A stretch of DNA of 64,000 bases from Patescibacteria group bacterium (GCA_045541795.1 JAZQJV010000010.1:72333-136332), one strand, 5' to 3'; positions 9,790 to 20,198 are shown, counted from the first letter of the stretch. Translations and numbers: made by a program. The notes: a model not told the origin generated them from the letters alone.

Positions 9790-10887
9790 ATGTCAGAGCC
9801 GATACTAAAAAAAATAAACTTTCAAACTATCACTATTTTTAGTATTGTCCTTGTAGTTATTGTTGCAGCCGCCGGAGTGTGGCAAAATATCAACTTGTCT
9901 CATCAACAATCACCAGCAAATGTCAGTCATGAAAATGTCGATGCCGACGATTTCGTTTATCAAGATCCCACTCTCACCACAAGCAATGAGCTATTAGAAG
10001 AAATCACACCGCAAAACTTCAACGAACAGCTCGCCTACAGCTGGGCCTGGCATCAATATTATGCCAGCACCAGTCTTCCAGAAGCTAAAAGTAGGACCAT
10101 AACTGAGCTAGCAAATGCCAAAAAAATGTTTGACGCTGGTGATCAAAATGCCACCTTAAACTGTTTTTTTATGTGGGATATCATCGGTGATGAAACATTA
10201 GATGCTGACAGCCGCAATCTTGCCCGTGAACTTTGTCATAACGGCAAGCAAAACGTTGTTTACGACTCTAGTTTCAGCCAATACTGGGAGCGCCTCCAAA
10301 AAGGACAGGAACAAATCGAAAGCGAACAAGGAGCATTCTGGTACTATTACCCAGATCGTGTCGTCGAGGATTATACCTTAGAATTAGGTGAAAAATATCA
10401 AAATTACATCTCCGGCAATGCAAACATCACACCAGAACAAGATAACACCGCTGCCGCTAGACAGTTGAAAGACTATGCTCTCGTGATGATTGATAAGTCA
10501 GATCTCGCTTACGGCGTCGCTAATCCAAACTACACCAAAGACCTAAGACTCAAAAATGAAAGTCAGCTGCAATTTATGGCCCTGGGCGAAAAACTCTTTT
10601 CTTGGTATATTGCTTACGGTGACCAGAATTTTGATACTGAAAGCAAGTGTTTACTGCGTGAAGCGTTGACACTTTATTATGATCGATTCACTTCCGCCTT
10701 GGAAGAAAGTTTCCTCACTCGCCTACCAATATGTAATGAACCATCAACTTACTTAGTACAACTTGTAAATCGCGGGCATTATGATAAAATAGAAATTAAT
10801 CCTGTCTTGGTATTGGAAGATGTCCGAGCAGGTGAGGCAACAGATAATTACGAAAAAATAATTATAGCGGGACTACTAAGTCAATGA
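9790..10887 (+). CDS. Membrane-anchored helical protein B; paralog of 20253-21713
   Basis: N-terminal TM; LAYSWAWHQYY, RLQKGQ, KCLL and EKIIIAGLLSQ blocks shared with B'. Confidence 0.8.
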   Translation: MSEPILKKINFQTITIFSIVLVVIVAAAGVWQNINLSHQQSPANVSHENVDADDFVYQDPTLTTSNELLEEITPQNFNEQLAYSWAWHQYYASTSLPEAKSRTITELANAKKMFDAGDQNATLNCFFMWDIIGDETLDADSRNLARELCHNGKQNVVYDSSFSQYWERLQKGQEQIESEQGAFWYYYPDRVVEDYTLELGEKYQNYISGNANITPEQDNTAAARQLKDYALVMIDKSDLAYGVANPNYTKDLRLKNESQLQFMALGEKLFSWYIAYGDQNFDTESKCLLREALTLYYDRFTSALEESFLTRLPICNEPSTYLVQLVNRGHYDKIEINPVLVLEDVRAGEATDNYEKIIIAGLLSQ

Positions 10888-13800
10888 GGAAGGCAAATAA
10901 AACTTACCAGCTCTTCATCAAAGTCGTATTGCCGATTATCGCTTTTGTGTTTATCAGCTTTTTTGCCGCCAAAACCATACTTCAAACTGTCGATGCTAAA
11001 GGCGGGAGCGGACCAGGCAGTGCTCTCGATCCTCAAAATCCAAGCGGACCGATTACTTGTACCACAGGAGATGGACATGGAAATCCTAGCGAATGGGATG
11101 CTGTCACTCCAGCTTGGCGGCCTAGACTAAAAGAAGTCATCCAAAAATGTCGAAATTCTGATGGATACTATAACTATGATCAGCAATGGCTATTTGTGCG
11201 CAATGCAATCGTCTATCCGTATTCAGAATACAAGTCTACTAGCTATTGGGACGTAATCCCTGATAAGATTGCTCCTAGTGCCAGCGTCTACGGCAAAGAA
11301 ACTGGCTACAGAATGCATTGGTTTTACACCACCAATAATTCAGGAAGCTGTAGCGATCATAAGTATTGGAATCTCTGGATCCGTGATTTTGACTGTGATG
11401 GTGTCACTCACCAATGTAGTGAGCTAAATAACGGCAAAAACGTCTTTAAATCTGGACCAGATATCTTCAACGAAGTTTGTGAGCGAGCTTGTAATTATTA
11501 TGAACAGCTCACCAATATGGCATGTAAAAACGTCGTCAGTCAAAACTGGTCGCCAATGGGCACACTTCCCGAAGACCTCGCAAAAAGTGCTCTCACATTT
11601 GACACCACCAATCTAGAAGGAATAATGGATGATGCTGCTTCATATGCAACACTCATCAACAAAGAATTATCAGCATACACTGAATACATTATGAACTATC
11701 TCACTCCAGATAGCAAGTTTATGGTAATCCCAGATAGCGCCAACAGTCTCGAAACTGCACGTTCACAACTTGCTAACCTTGATGCAGTGATCAATACTAT
11801 CCGTAACACACATACAAATTACTCTACTCAGGCTCAGCAAAAAATCAATTCGGCCAATAGTGTGATTAGCTCGCTCACTAGTCAACTCTCCAGTGTTGAT
11901 TATAACGTCAACACTCAGTGTGGGTTTTATGCATCCAACAGGTGCTATACTTCAGGCAATCTGGACAGTAGTTGTAGTGATGCTAGGACTTATCGCTCAC
12001 AACTTGCCAACAGGCGTAGCCAGTATTACAGCTTATTAGATAGTCTCTCCACCAGTACCAGCACTATTGAATATTATGAAAGCGAAGTCAAAAAGCTTCA
12101 ATCTTACCTCAATACATCGATGCAAAACTGTGCCAGCAAAACTAAAAGCGGCTATGGATGTGACTATGCGACAGCCTGTCATCAATACATAAGTATCGAA
12201 CAAACTATAGATGGAGCAAAAGATAGTCTACAAGAAGCCAAAGAACAGTTGTGGGCTGTCAAAACCGATAAAGTTGATTTTGACGACAATACTGAAGCAA
12301 AACTGCGTGAATACGCTAAACAATTTACTCGAGCTTATAACAGCTATAAAGTCGCCGCCGGTAATACCAAAATAGACTGGACGTTTGGTTACTGTTCCGC
12401 CGACGGCTCCGGTGATAGCCCAATGTGTAATAATATCAAGATCATGCAAGGCTGTCTCGAGTTTGTCGGCAAAGCAGAAGCCCAGCTCGCTTCAGAAGGA
12501 AAAGTCAATGCTGTCACCAAAGGGTCACTAAGCGTACATATTGAATCACACAGTTGCGATACCCGCTCAGACTTCATCGACGTCAACTGTTCCATTAAGG
12601 GCTGTTATCAGACTAGAGAGTGGTGCCGTAACATCAATCAATTCTACGTTGAACCAGATGAAAAATGTCCATTGGGAGGTAATGGCCGGATCGCTTACGT
12701 GAATTCTATCCAAAATCCTGGTAGTACTCTGCGATGCCGTAAATGCAATACCTCATTTACTACCTGTGAAGAAGCAGCTAAGTACGCATGGCTTTATGAT
12801 TCCAGCGAACCAAAGGGAAGCGGCAAAAACAATGAAGTTAAAAACTGGGTAGAAGGTTACTACGACAGCAGTTTTGATGCTAAGCGTTATTGGGCCATCC
12901 GTACCAATTGTGAAGCCGACGAAGATCATCAGATCAAAAAATGGATCCAAGATGAAGACGGTCATGCACCCATCCAATGTACGGTCGCTTGTGTACAAAA
13001 CTGTGACGAGATCCGCGATCCCGATACTCAGCAATACATGGAAGAACCAGACCGTGAACCTTTCGTTAATAGTTCTAGCAAATATTATCATACCAGCAGC
13101 TGTTATCGCAAAGGCTGGAATCCAGTTATCAAAGTCGTCGAAGACATTCACGGAATTCAGACCACATGTATTGGCGGCTGTCTCGAGCCTTGCGGAGATG
13201 TACGTCAGTTACAATGGGGTGCAGTACGCAACTATACAGTGAACGGTTATACCTATAAAGACTATGCTCAAAGCACTCGAGATAAATATTTCTTACCAGA
13301 AGACACCAATTGTACCGCTGCTCAATTAGCAACCAAGACTAGCGTCAGCATTCGCGATCACTACAATCGGAGTTACAGCAAGAAATGCTACTCTGACAAA
13401 TGTCGTAAAGACTGTAAATCCATTTGTGAAGCCAGAGGGTGGAAGACTTCAGACTATGACTGCGGATCCGGTATACCCAACTACGCCAGCGTCGACGGCT
13501 GTACTTGTGTAGCAAACTGTTCTGGGGATGCTTGTCGCAATCAAGGTTACTGGCCAGCCAGTCACGTCTGTGCACCAAATGAAGAATCACTCGGCACAGA
13601 GACCATCATTGATAAAAACGGTCACTCAATTGTTTGTCACAAAGGATGCAAAGCCAAAACTCCAGGTGACGAACTTAAGTGTGCTCCAGGCGTACCAGTA
13701 TATAATGGCAGCAGTGTCACGGTTAATGGTGTGACACAAACCGATTTTGTCGGTGATGTTTATATCAACAGTGATGAAACCTTCTATAATGAGCGCAATG

Positions 13801-15644
13801 CCTGGCTTATCACCAGAGACCAAAGAAGATATCCTGCCTATACACTGTCAGGCGAATCACGGGTGCGCAACGTGATTATTTCACCGCTCGGCTATGAGAA
13901 AAAAGAAAGAACCAGCCCATATCAAATCTGTCGTTGGGGTGAGTGTCTCGTCAATGACGCTGCTGAGCGCGCAGATGAACTTAATGCCCGTAATCAATGC
14001 GATAAAAAATACAAGTATTACAGCGCCATCGACGATGGCTGCCGTCGACACTACCAATATATAAGCTACTGCTTTGACGATCCGCCGCCAAATAACTGTC
14101 ATTCGACCTCTTGTGGCCAACAATGCCGCTGCGGTAGGCAGTATTATAGTGGTAGCGATGATGACTCATGTCACTATGCTGGCTGTGTCACCTGTGTGCC
14201 TACCTGCTATACAGAATCAGATCTCGGCTTTGGCATCCGTGAGGTTCCTTGTGTCGGACCAGGTGGAGAAAGAACCCATTCAGATTTCTGTTCCACTAAC
14301 AAATACACCAGCTATGAAGCCTGCAAAGTGCCTACATGTAATAACGTTGATGATGTCCTCGATGTCATGGATCGTACCAATTTCAAAAAATGTGGTGTCG
14401 AGAACCCCAAAGATAGAATTACCCAACTCGATCAAGCGCATGAATATCTAGGTGAGCAAGCGTATGGTGTTGGTGGTATCTACCAGTGCACCGATAGAAT
14501 TCCCAACGCTCCTGACGCTATCGCATATCCAGATGAATGTACAGGTTTAGAAAACCACTGTTTCCACGTCTTACCTTGTGGAGAAGTGCAAGTTGCGGAG
14601 TCCAAAGGACAAATCGGTTCCAAAGTCAGTGCCACTCACAAGGATGAATTCGGACAAGTAACGGGTACTGGCGGACTGCTTTGCGGTGGCGGCGCATGCA
14701 AAGAAAGCGATCATTACATCTTTATCCCTGGTACAGAATCCACCAATTATCAAGTTGGTGTCGCCGGCCAACGTTGTGGACGTTATTGGGAAGTCTCAGA
14801 ACCGCAATGGTCGATGGCTGGGGGCACATCCAATATTTACACCGCAGAAGGCTCATCTAAGCGTAGTAAAGAAAAGGGAGTAACTACTGACCGTTGTGGC
14901 AACGCTAATGGTGTCGAACTCACTAGAGGTAGCTTCAAACTTGAAGATAGCGTACCGCTAACATACGAATTCTTTGAACAAGCCATGGATATTTCTAAGC
15001 TTCCCAGATGTAGTGATGTTACCATAGATACAGACGAGTTTTACATCTGTAAAGAAAACGGTGACTTTAGTACTTCCGATCTTAATCCCGACCTACTTCG
15101 TGCCGACCGCAATCTCGTAGTTTTCATGGACTCGGAAAGTGGTACTTTCACCATTGATACTCAAATAGAAACTGCCCGTGATTACTTCAAAGCCTTTATC
15201 AGTCGCGGTAAAATGGTGATCGACTGGGGCGTAGGCACCTGGCCAGAAGCAGCCTACGAACGCAACCTTGGTTGTGCTGATACCGACACCGCTGACTTAC
15301 AAGGCTTCTTTGCCGCTGATGAAATTACTTTCCCCAGCAAATTGGTAGCAGATTCTCAAGCAAATGCCTTTAACGAAAACCTGCGCTGTGATCGGCAACT
15401 TGTCATCGCTGGCAACCTTATCCAGTGGGGAGATAAGGCGCTCAATCTCACCCGTACATTCCGTGGTTGCGTCGGTGGCAATGAAGACCTTGCTGCTTGG
15501 AAAGCAGCCGAACAAAATCCAGCTGTTTACCGTGATTTCAATAAGATCATGTCACCGTATGTGTTCTACCAACGCCCCGACTTCCAAAATTCCGCTCCCG
15601 AATGGATGAAAACGAGCAATACCGAAAGAATTGAGGTAAATTAA
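10884..15644 (+). CDS. Giant Cys-rich exported protein C (1586 aa), putative adhesin
   Basis: Signal peptide (..TVDA); about 78 Cys by manual count; helical/coiled-coil region; C-terminal FKAFISRG...DLQGFFAA...CDRQLVIAGN domain; ATGA coupling to B. Confidence 0.85.
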   Translation: MRKANKTYQLFIKVVLPIIAFVFISFFAAKTILQTVDAKGGSGPGSALDPQNPSGPITCTTGDGHGNPSEWDAVTPAWRPRLKEVIQKCRNSDGYYNYDQQWLFVRNAIVYPYSEYKSTSYWDVIPDKIAPSASVYGKETGYRMHWFYTTNNSGSCSDHKYWNLWIRDFDCDGVTHQCSELNNGKNVFKSGPDIFNEVCERACNYYEQLTNMACKNVVSQNWSPMGTLPEDLAKSALTFDTTNLEGIMDDAASYATLINKELSAYTEYIMNYLTPDSKFMVIPDSANSLETARSQLANLDAVINTIRNTHTNYSTQAQQKINSANSVISSLTSQLSSVDYNVNTQCGFYASNRCYTSGNLDSSCSDARTYRSQLANRRSQYYSLLDSLSTSTSTIEYYESEVKKLQSYLNTSMQNCASKTKSGYGCDYATACHQYISIEQTIDGAKDSLQEAKEQLWAVKTDKVDFDDNTEAKLREYAKQFTRAYNSYKVAAGNTKIDWTFGYCSADGSGDSPMCNNIKIMQGCLEFVGKAEAQLASEGKVNAVTKGSLSVHIESHSCDTRSDFIDVNCSIKGCYQTREWCRNINQFYVEPDEKCPLGGNGRIAYVNSIQNPGSTLRCRKCNTSFTTCEEAAKYAWLYDSSEPKGSGKNNEVKNWVEGYYDSSFDAKRYWAIRTNCEADEDHQIKKWIQDEDGHAPIQCTVACVQNCDEIRDPDTQQYMEEPDREPFVNSSSKYYHTSSCYRKGWNPVIKVVEDIHGIQTTCIGGCLEPCGDVRQLQWGAVRNYTVNGYTYKDYAQSTRDKYFLPEDTNCTAAQLATKTSVSIRDHYNRSYSKKCYSDKCRKDCKSICEARGWKTSDYDCGSGIPNYASVDGCTCVANCSGDACRNQGYWPASHVCAPNEESLGTETIIDKNGHSIVCHKGCKAKTPGDELKCAPGVPVYNGSSVTVNGVTQTDFVGDVYINSDETFYNERNAWLITRDQRRYPAYTLSGESRVRNVIISPLGYEKKERTSPYQICRWGECLVNDAAERADELNARNQCDKKYKYYSAIDDGCRRHYQYISYCFDDPPPNNCHSTSCGQQCRCGRQYYSGSDDDSCHYAGCVTCVPTCYTESDLGFGIREVPCVGPGGERTHSDFCSTNKYTSYEACKVPTCNNVDDVLDVMDRTNFKKCGVENPKDRITQLDQAHEYLGEQAYGVGGIYQCTDRIPNAPDAIAYPDECTGLENHCFHVLPCGEVQVAESKGQIGSKVSATHKDEFGQVTGTGGLLCGGGACKESDHYIFIPGTESTNYQVGVAGQRCGRYWEVSEPQWSMAGGTSNIYTAEGSSKRSKEKGVTTDRCGNANGVELTRGSFKLEDSVPLTYEFFEQAMDISKLPRCSDVTIDTDEFYICKENGDFSTSDLNPDLLRADRNLVVFMDSESGTFTIDTQIETARDYFKAFISRGKMVIDWGVGTWPEAAYERNLGCADTDTADLQGFFAADEITFPSKLVADSQANAFNENLRCDRQLVIAGNLIQWGDKALNLTRTFRGCVGGNEDLAAWKAAEQNPAVYRDFNKIMSPYVFYQRPDFQNSAPEWMKTSNTERIEVN

Positions 15645-15651
15645 AAAAAAT

Positions 15652-15751
15652 ATTGAGTATTTATTGTGCACGATAAATGATTTTATACCGGTGCATCAAT
15701 ATTTTTAAAATACCTTAATTTTATTAGCAGACAATGGCCGCGACTGCTAAT
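15652..15751. repeat. ~100-bp direct repeat, copy 2 (right flank of cassette 1), including a CIRCE-like site at 15724-15750
   Basis: ATTGAGTATTTATTGTGCACGATAAAT...ATTTTTAAAATAC...TTAGCAGAC-N9-GACTGCTAAT. Confidence 0.9.
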
Positions 15752-15761
15752 TTCTCCGCAC

Positions 15762-16949
15762 TCACATCCTTCCCGTCACGTACAGCAAACCGTTTTCGTC
15801 TCGCCGTCCCCAATCACCAGTCCGATACCAGCCGCCCTGCAATACTGCCGCTGTGCGCCCGCGGTCTTGATAATACCCACTCATCACTTGCGGACCGCGC
15901 ACCCAAATCTCACCCTCATTTTCATTGCTGCCGCCCACAAATTTCACTTCTATATTTGCCAGCGCTCGGCCAACGCTCGCCGACACACCTAAGTGACGGT
16001 AACCGCTAGCAATGCCCGGCGCGCATTCCGTGCAACCGTATGTGGCCAGCACTTCTATCCCGGCCAAAGCCCACTTCTCTTGTATACTCACCGGTACTGC
16101 CTCGCCGCCACAGATGATCTGATTAAGCGCCCCACCAAAATACTGCCGCCAGCTATTCTGGTCGCCGTGCTCACTGCTGGCTCTTTCCAATTTGCCTGTC
16201 AATTTTTGCAGTATCAGCGTGGGCATTACTACTACCGTCGGCCGAGCAGCCTGCAATAAGCCTTCCGGATGTCGCCAATCCAGCGGAAAAAATATCTGCG
16301 CTCCGCAACTGCACCACCACAAAAGGACTGACAGTCCCAAAATATGCTCACCCGGCAGCCACGAGAATACCGCGCGATCACCACGAAAATCATGCAAAAA
16401 TTGCCCGCCCCAAATCACGGCCAACACATTTTTTTGCGTGAGGGCCACCACTTTGGGCTGACCCGTAGTGCCAGAAGTGGTGATCAAGACAGCCAAATCA
16501 TCACCTTGAGGCTGGAAGCACGTGAGCCTCTGCCGCGCTTCAGGCCGAGCAGGGGAGTGCTCTACTGTCTGGATTACCGTATCCGGCTGGCACTTGTCAC
16601 TATCACTTACCAAGCAAACCGCTTGGCGGAGCCGCCAGGCCGCCAAAATGCTCACCAACCACCAGTAACCAGGCTCCAGCCGCAAGCTCACTTTTTGCGG
16701 CCGTTCGGGATCAAATTTTTCCTGCCAAGCTGCAGCCGTGTTTTCTACGTCGGCCACCAGCCCGTCATACGTCACTGTCCTCGTTTTCCCGTCCTCATCA
16801 GTGTAAACGCCAGCCAGCTGCCCACCGTATTCTTGCCGTAAAAAATCCAAAAACTCACTAATCTGTACATGTGCGCGCGGACAAAAAGCACGCTGTGGAT
16901 AATCACCAAGATTTACCCCAGGCGCTAGCCCCTCATACACCATGCTCAT
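15762..16949 (-). CDS. AMP-binding (acyl-CoA synthetase-like) protein lacking the C-terminal subdomain; possibly truncated
   Basis: TSGTTGQPK P-loop, YGCTE, GEIWVRGPQVMSGYY, GWYRTGD; the ORF stops at VTGRM. Confidence 0.8.
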   Translation of the reverse strand: MSMVYEGLAPGVNLGDYPQRAFCPRAHVQISEFLDFLRQEYGGQLAGVYTDEDGKTRTVTYDGLVADVENTAAAWQEKFDPERPQKVSLRLEPGYWWLVSILAAWRLRQAVCLVSDSDKCQPDTVIQTVEHSPARPEARQRLTCFQPQGDDLAVLITTSGTTGQPKVVALTQKNVLAVIWGGQFLHDFRGDRAVFSWLPGEHILGLSVLLWWCSCGAQIFFPLDWRHPEGLLQAARPTVVVMPTLILQKLTGKLERASSEHGDQNSWRQYFGGALNQIICGGEAVPVSIQEKWALAGIEVLATYGCTECAPGIASGYRHLGVSASVGRALANIEVKFVGGSNENEGEIWVRGPQVMSGYYQDRGRTAAVLQGGWYRTGDWGRRDENGLLYVTGRM

Positions 16950-16952
16950 ATC

Positions 16953-17813
16953 TTACAAAATTTCTTCCGTCTCTTCATCACTCTGCCACGGGATCAAGTA
17001 ATTATCCCGGCGCATCGCTTTATTTTCGCCGACTTTTTTCGCCTCACCCCGCAAAATTTTCTCAAAAGGCTCGCAGTGCGGGCAGCCGCCATGCGGGCAC
17101 TTAAAAGCATTTAGCTTCCTGGCCGTCGCGATCCGCCGCCCGGCTTCTAGCACTCGGGCACGAGCTTCATCGAGTGACGGCAGCGCCTTTGGCGTCAGTT
17201 CATTACTCCATTCCAGATACCAGTAACTCGCCGCGGCTACCGTGTACTTTTGACAGTTGACCGCCAAAAGTAAATAAATCGGCAGCTGCAGTGACTTCGG
17301 ATCTTCTTCGCTTTTGCTGGTTTTAAAGTCGATGATGTGTACCGTCTTGGCGTGCGAGTCATACTGCAGCCAGTCAAGTTTGCCGCACAAAATTATATTT
17401 TCCTCTTCACTGATCCAGTAATTGGGCAGATCGCCCTTGATTTTTACGGCCAGCTGTTTGAGCGGCCCGGGATGTTCCATCACCCGCTCCAGCATTGCCT
17501 GGCCGCGGTCATGGTATGCTTTTTCTGCATGCTCACTTGTAAATCCTCCCGCCTCGCCGTGTACCTTTTTCCAGACTTCCTCATACCGTACCAGTAAGCT
17601 TTGTCTAAAACGTTCTGCCGTAGGCAGCGTCGACAGTCCTTCCAGCACGTCGTGTACACTGATCCCCAGAGAAAGAGCCGGCGACACTATCTGGATTTTG
17701 TGCTTCGTCACCGGGTCTTTATACATGTTTTTGAGGTAATACGCCCGCGGACAAGCGAGATAGTCGCTGATACTACTGTGTGAAATCCAAGTGGCACTAA
17801 ACTTATCTGGCAT
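16953..17813 (-). CDS. PD-(D/E)XK nuclease family protein (RecB/AddB-like nuclease domain)
   Basis: SHSSISDYLACPRAYY, GKLD...IIDFKTSK, QLPIY, C-terminal CPHGGCPHC Cys cluster. Confidence 0.85.
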   Translation of the reverse strand: MPDKFSATWISHSSISDYLACPRAYYLKNMYKDPVTKHKIQIVSPALSLGISVHDVLEGLSTLPTAERFRQSLLVRYEEVWKKVHGEAGGFTSEHAEKAYHDRGQAMLERVMEHPGPLKQLAVKIKGDLPNYWISEEENIILCGKLDWLQYDSHAKTVHIIDFKTSKSEEDPKSLQLPIYLLLAVNCQKYTVAAASYWYLEWSNELTPKALPSLDEARARVLEAGRRIATARKLNAFKCPHGGCPHCEPFEKILRGEAKKVGENKAMRRDNYLIPWQSDEETEEIL

Positions 17814-17861
17814 GACGTCATTATATCACACTCATCACCAATTATTCCCGCAATTTATGCC

Positions 17862-17887
17862 AAAAACCCGGCTCCTTAGAGCCGGGC
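17862..17887 (-). terminator. Rho-independent terminator of 17912-18874
   Basis: Minus strand CCCGGCTC-TAAG-GAGCCGGG followed by TTTTT. Confidence 0.75.
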
Positions 17888-17911
17888 TTGTCTTTTTACT
17901 TCAAAAAAGAA

Positions 17912-18874
17912 TTAATAGCGATGGCAGACAAAGCGGAAAGTATCGGACCAATCGCCGAAATCACCGCCTTCCATCCGCACCCGGTAGCGTACAAAGTACT
18001 CTTTTTCGTTGTCGATACCGATACCAAATACCACCCGATCCCGTTGCTCATAGCGGTGTGAGTGGACATCGCTGCCACCATTACTGGTACCAACGTTTAC
18101 TTCGTATTCCACCGCATCTTTGCCGTCACGGCTAAATTTTGGTAACACAATCTTGGCATCATTGAAACGATCACCGTCAGCATTACCACAAGTCTCGATG
18201 TAAGGCGTAAACGGTTTATTGTTATTGCCGTAGGAATAATTATTGTAGTAATAAGTACCCGGTACGTAATTATAATTGTAATTTGCCGGTACCTGGATCA
18301 CTTGAGGTACAGTCTGTACAGTTTGCACCGTCTTTACTACTGGTGCTGCAGCCTGGACGGCATTAGTTTTTGGCGTTTGTGCCACCGGATTGATATTGAT
18401 ATTGATGACGCTGGCGGTGGAACCGTCTGCATTTACCAGGCGGGAAGCCGGGATCGTCACGCTCTGATCACCAGAAACAATATTGATCTTGGCGTCTGCC
18501 GGTAAGGTCACTGTCTCACCAGCTACTGCTTCATTACTACCTGCCGTCTCGCCGGCATCAGTCAAGCGCTGACCAACATTGGTATTGGTAGGAGTGCTGC
18601 TGGCAATAATGCTCTCAGCCACCGGAGAAAGTTCACTCTCGCTGGTCTGGCGGGGCGCATGATTTGTCTGGCGATAATTATAAAAAGCCAAAGCACCCAC
18701 CACTATAAATGCACACAGCACCGCCGCCGGCACAAAGCGAAACTTCCGCTGCTCTGGATACATTGCCGGATTAGTTACGGCTGTCTTATAGGCATTACTG
18801 GTAGTATTTGTAGCCACATTGGCTGTATAGCGTCCCTGACGCTCATTTTCTTGATGTAATTGTCTGTCCGTCAT
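17912..18874 (-). CDS. Single-TM protein with S/T/N/Y-rich linker and FN3/Ig-like C-terminal domain
   Basis: TM near residues 45-65, low-complexity spacer, YEVNVGT...YFVRYRV...WS pattern typical of FN3-like folds. Confidence 0.65.
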   Translation of the reverse strand: MTDRQLHQENERQGRYTANVATNTTSNAYKTAVTNPAMYPEQRKFRFVPAAVLCAFIVVGALAFYNYRQTNHAPRQTSESELSPVAESIIASSTPTNTNVGQRLTDAGETAGSNEAVAGETVTLPADAKINIVSGDQSVTIPASRLVNADGSTASVINININPVAQTPKTNAVQAAAPVVKTVQTVQTVPQVIQVPANYNYNYVPGTYYYNNYSYGNNNKPFTPYIETCGNADGDRFNDAKIVLPKFSRDGKDAVEYEVNVGTSNGGSDVHSHRYEQRDRVVFGIGIDNEKEYFVRYRVRMEGGDFGDWSDTFRFVCHRY

Positions 18875-18954
18875 ATATCTTTCTATTGTTCGTTCCTTTA
18901 TCTTTCTGCCGTGACATCAACTTTTTCTGTATTAACTATGTCACAACTGTTTAC

Positions 18955-18983
18955 ATTATATCACATATAGGCTATTTTGTCAA
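18955..18983 (-). promoter_or_regulatory. Consensus sigma70 promoter for 17912-18874
   Basis: TTGACA-17-TATAAT with a TG extension on the minus strand. Confidence 0.8.
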
Positions 18984-19018
18984 GACCCAATTTCTTATTC
19001 CCGTGGTATAATACGCCT

Positions 19019-20191
19019 ATGCTAAAAAAGTGGTACTTCTGGCTGCTAATGAGCGTCGTTTTTTTCTTGACGGCCTTCCTTACGGTGGTTATGGGTCTAT
19101 TTTTTGCCCATCCGGTAGTCATCATCGGCTCAGGCGAAAAACTCATCCAGCTAGAACTCGCACCGGTAGCCGAAGACCCGCTCAGACCTGTCCACATCTT
19201 GCTGCTCGGGCATGGTGGCGGCAGTCATTCTGGCGGCAGCCTGGCAGATACTATCATTTTAGCGCAGATCATCCCCAAAAAACGCCAAATCAACCTCTTT
19301 AATATCCCCCGTGATTTATGGGTGGAATTACCATTTCCCGCCCGTGATGGGGGAGAGGAACTCATGCACGCCAAGGTCAATACCACTCTCGCCATCGGCA
19401 GCAGTGAGCGCCAATACACTTGGCGTAGTGAGCAATTTAAAGGCGAGCACGGCGGCGGCGCCCTTGCCAAATACGTTATCGGCCAGATTACGGACTTGCC
19501 TATAGATTATTATGTGGCCGTGGATTTTAGTGGTTTTGTGAAAGTTATAGAGACTATTGCCGGTAAACAGGGTCTCAAAATTGACGTGCCGTATTCCTTT
19601 GTAGACGAATTTTACCCGATAGAAGGACTAGAAGACGATCCATGCGGGTTTAGTGAGGAAGACATCGCCACAATGTCGGCTACGCTCACCGGCTATGAGC
19701 TGGAAAAACAGTTCACCTGTCGCTACGAAAGGCTAGAATTTACCCGGGGTACCCAGCTAATCGCCCCCGACCAACTGCTTAAATTTGTCCGTTCTCGTCA
19801 TTCTGGCACTCATGGCGGGGATTTTGGCCGCTCGCAGCGCCAACAAGTAGTAATTGAAGCCCTCAAACAAAAAATTTTCTCGGCCAGCATGATCGCCAAA
19901 GTCCCTGAGCTCATCCGTCAAGTGCTGCGCCTGGTGCGCACCGACCTTGACTATGAAATGCTCAGCTCTGTGCTTTTGGCTTACGACGGGATTGAAGATT
20001 TTCAGATCACCAGTTTTGTCTTGACCAATCAGAATTTATTGGCAGACGGACGCAGTAGTGATGGCCAGTATGTCTTGCGGCCACGGCTGGGCTTGGATGA
20101 TTACCGCCAGATCCAAGATCTGGTCAGCTGGACACTCGAGGCCACTGGCGAAGCCACGCTAGACGATTTCATGTCACTAATCGGTGAATAA
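19019..20191 (+). CDS. LCP (LytR-CpsA-Psr) family phosphotransferase
   Basis: ILLLG...LADTIIL...IPRDLWV...KVN, VDFSGF, FVRSRH..DFGRSQRQQ; start at ATG 19019, 6 nt after TGGTATAAT. Confidence 0.92.
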   Translation: MLKKWYFWLLMSVVFFLTAFLTVVMGLFFAHPVVIIGSGEKLIQLELAPVAEDPLRPVHILLLGHGGGSHSGGSLADTIILAQIIPKKRQINLFNIPRDLWVELPFPARDGGEELMHAKVNTTLAIGSSERQYTWRSEQFKGEHGGGALAKYVIGQITDLPIDYYVAVDFSGFVKVIETIAGKQGLKIDVPYSFVDEFYPIEGLEDDPCGFSEEDIATMSATLTGYELEKQFTCRYERLEFTRGTQLIAPDQLLKFVRSRHSGTHGGDFGRSQRQQVVIEALKQKIFSASMIAKVPELIRQVLRLVRTDLDYEMLSSVLLAYDGIEDFQITSFVLTNQNLLADGRSSDGQYVLRPRLGLDDYRQIQDLVSWTLEATGEATLDDFMSLIGE

Positions 20192-20198
20192 TTGCCAC

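Noticed and set aside
16953-17813. Cas4 or a defence system
   Set aside because: Solitary PD-(D/E)XK nuclease with no cas1, array or methyltransferase context.
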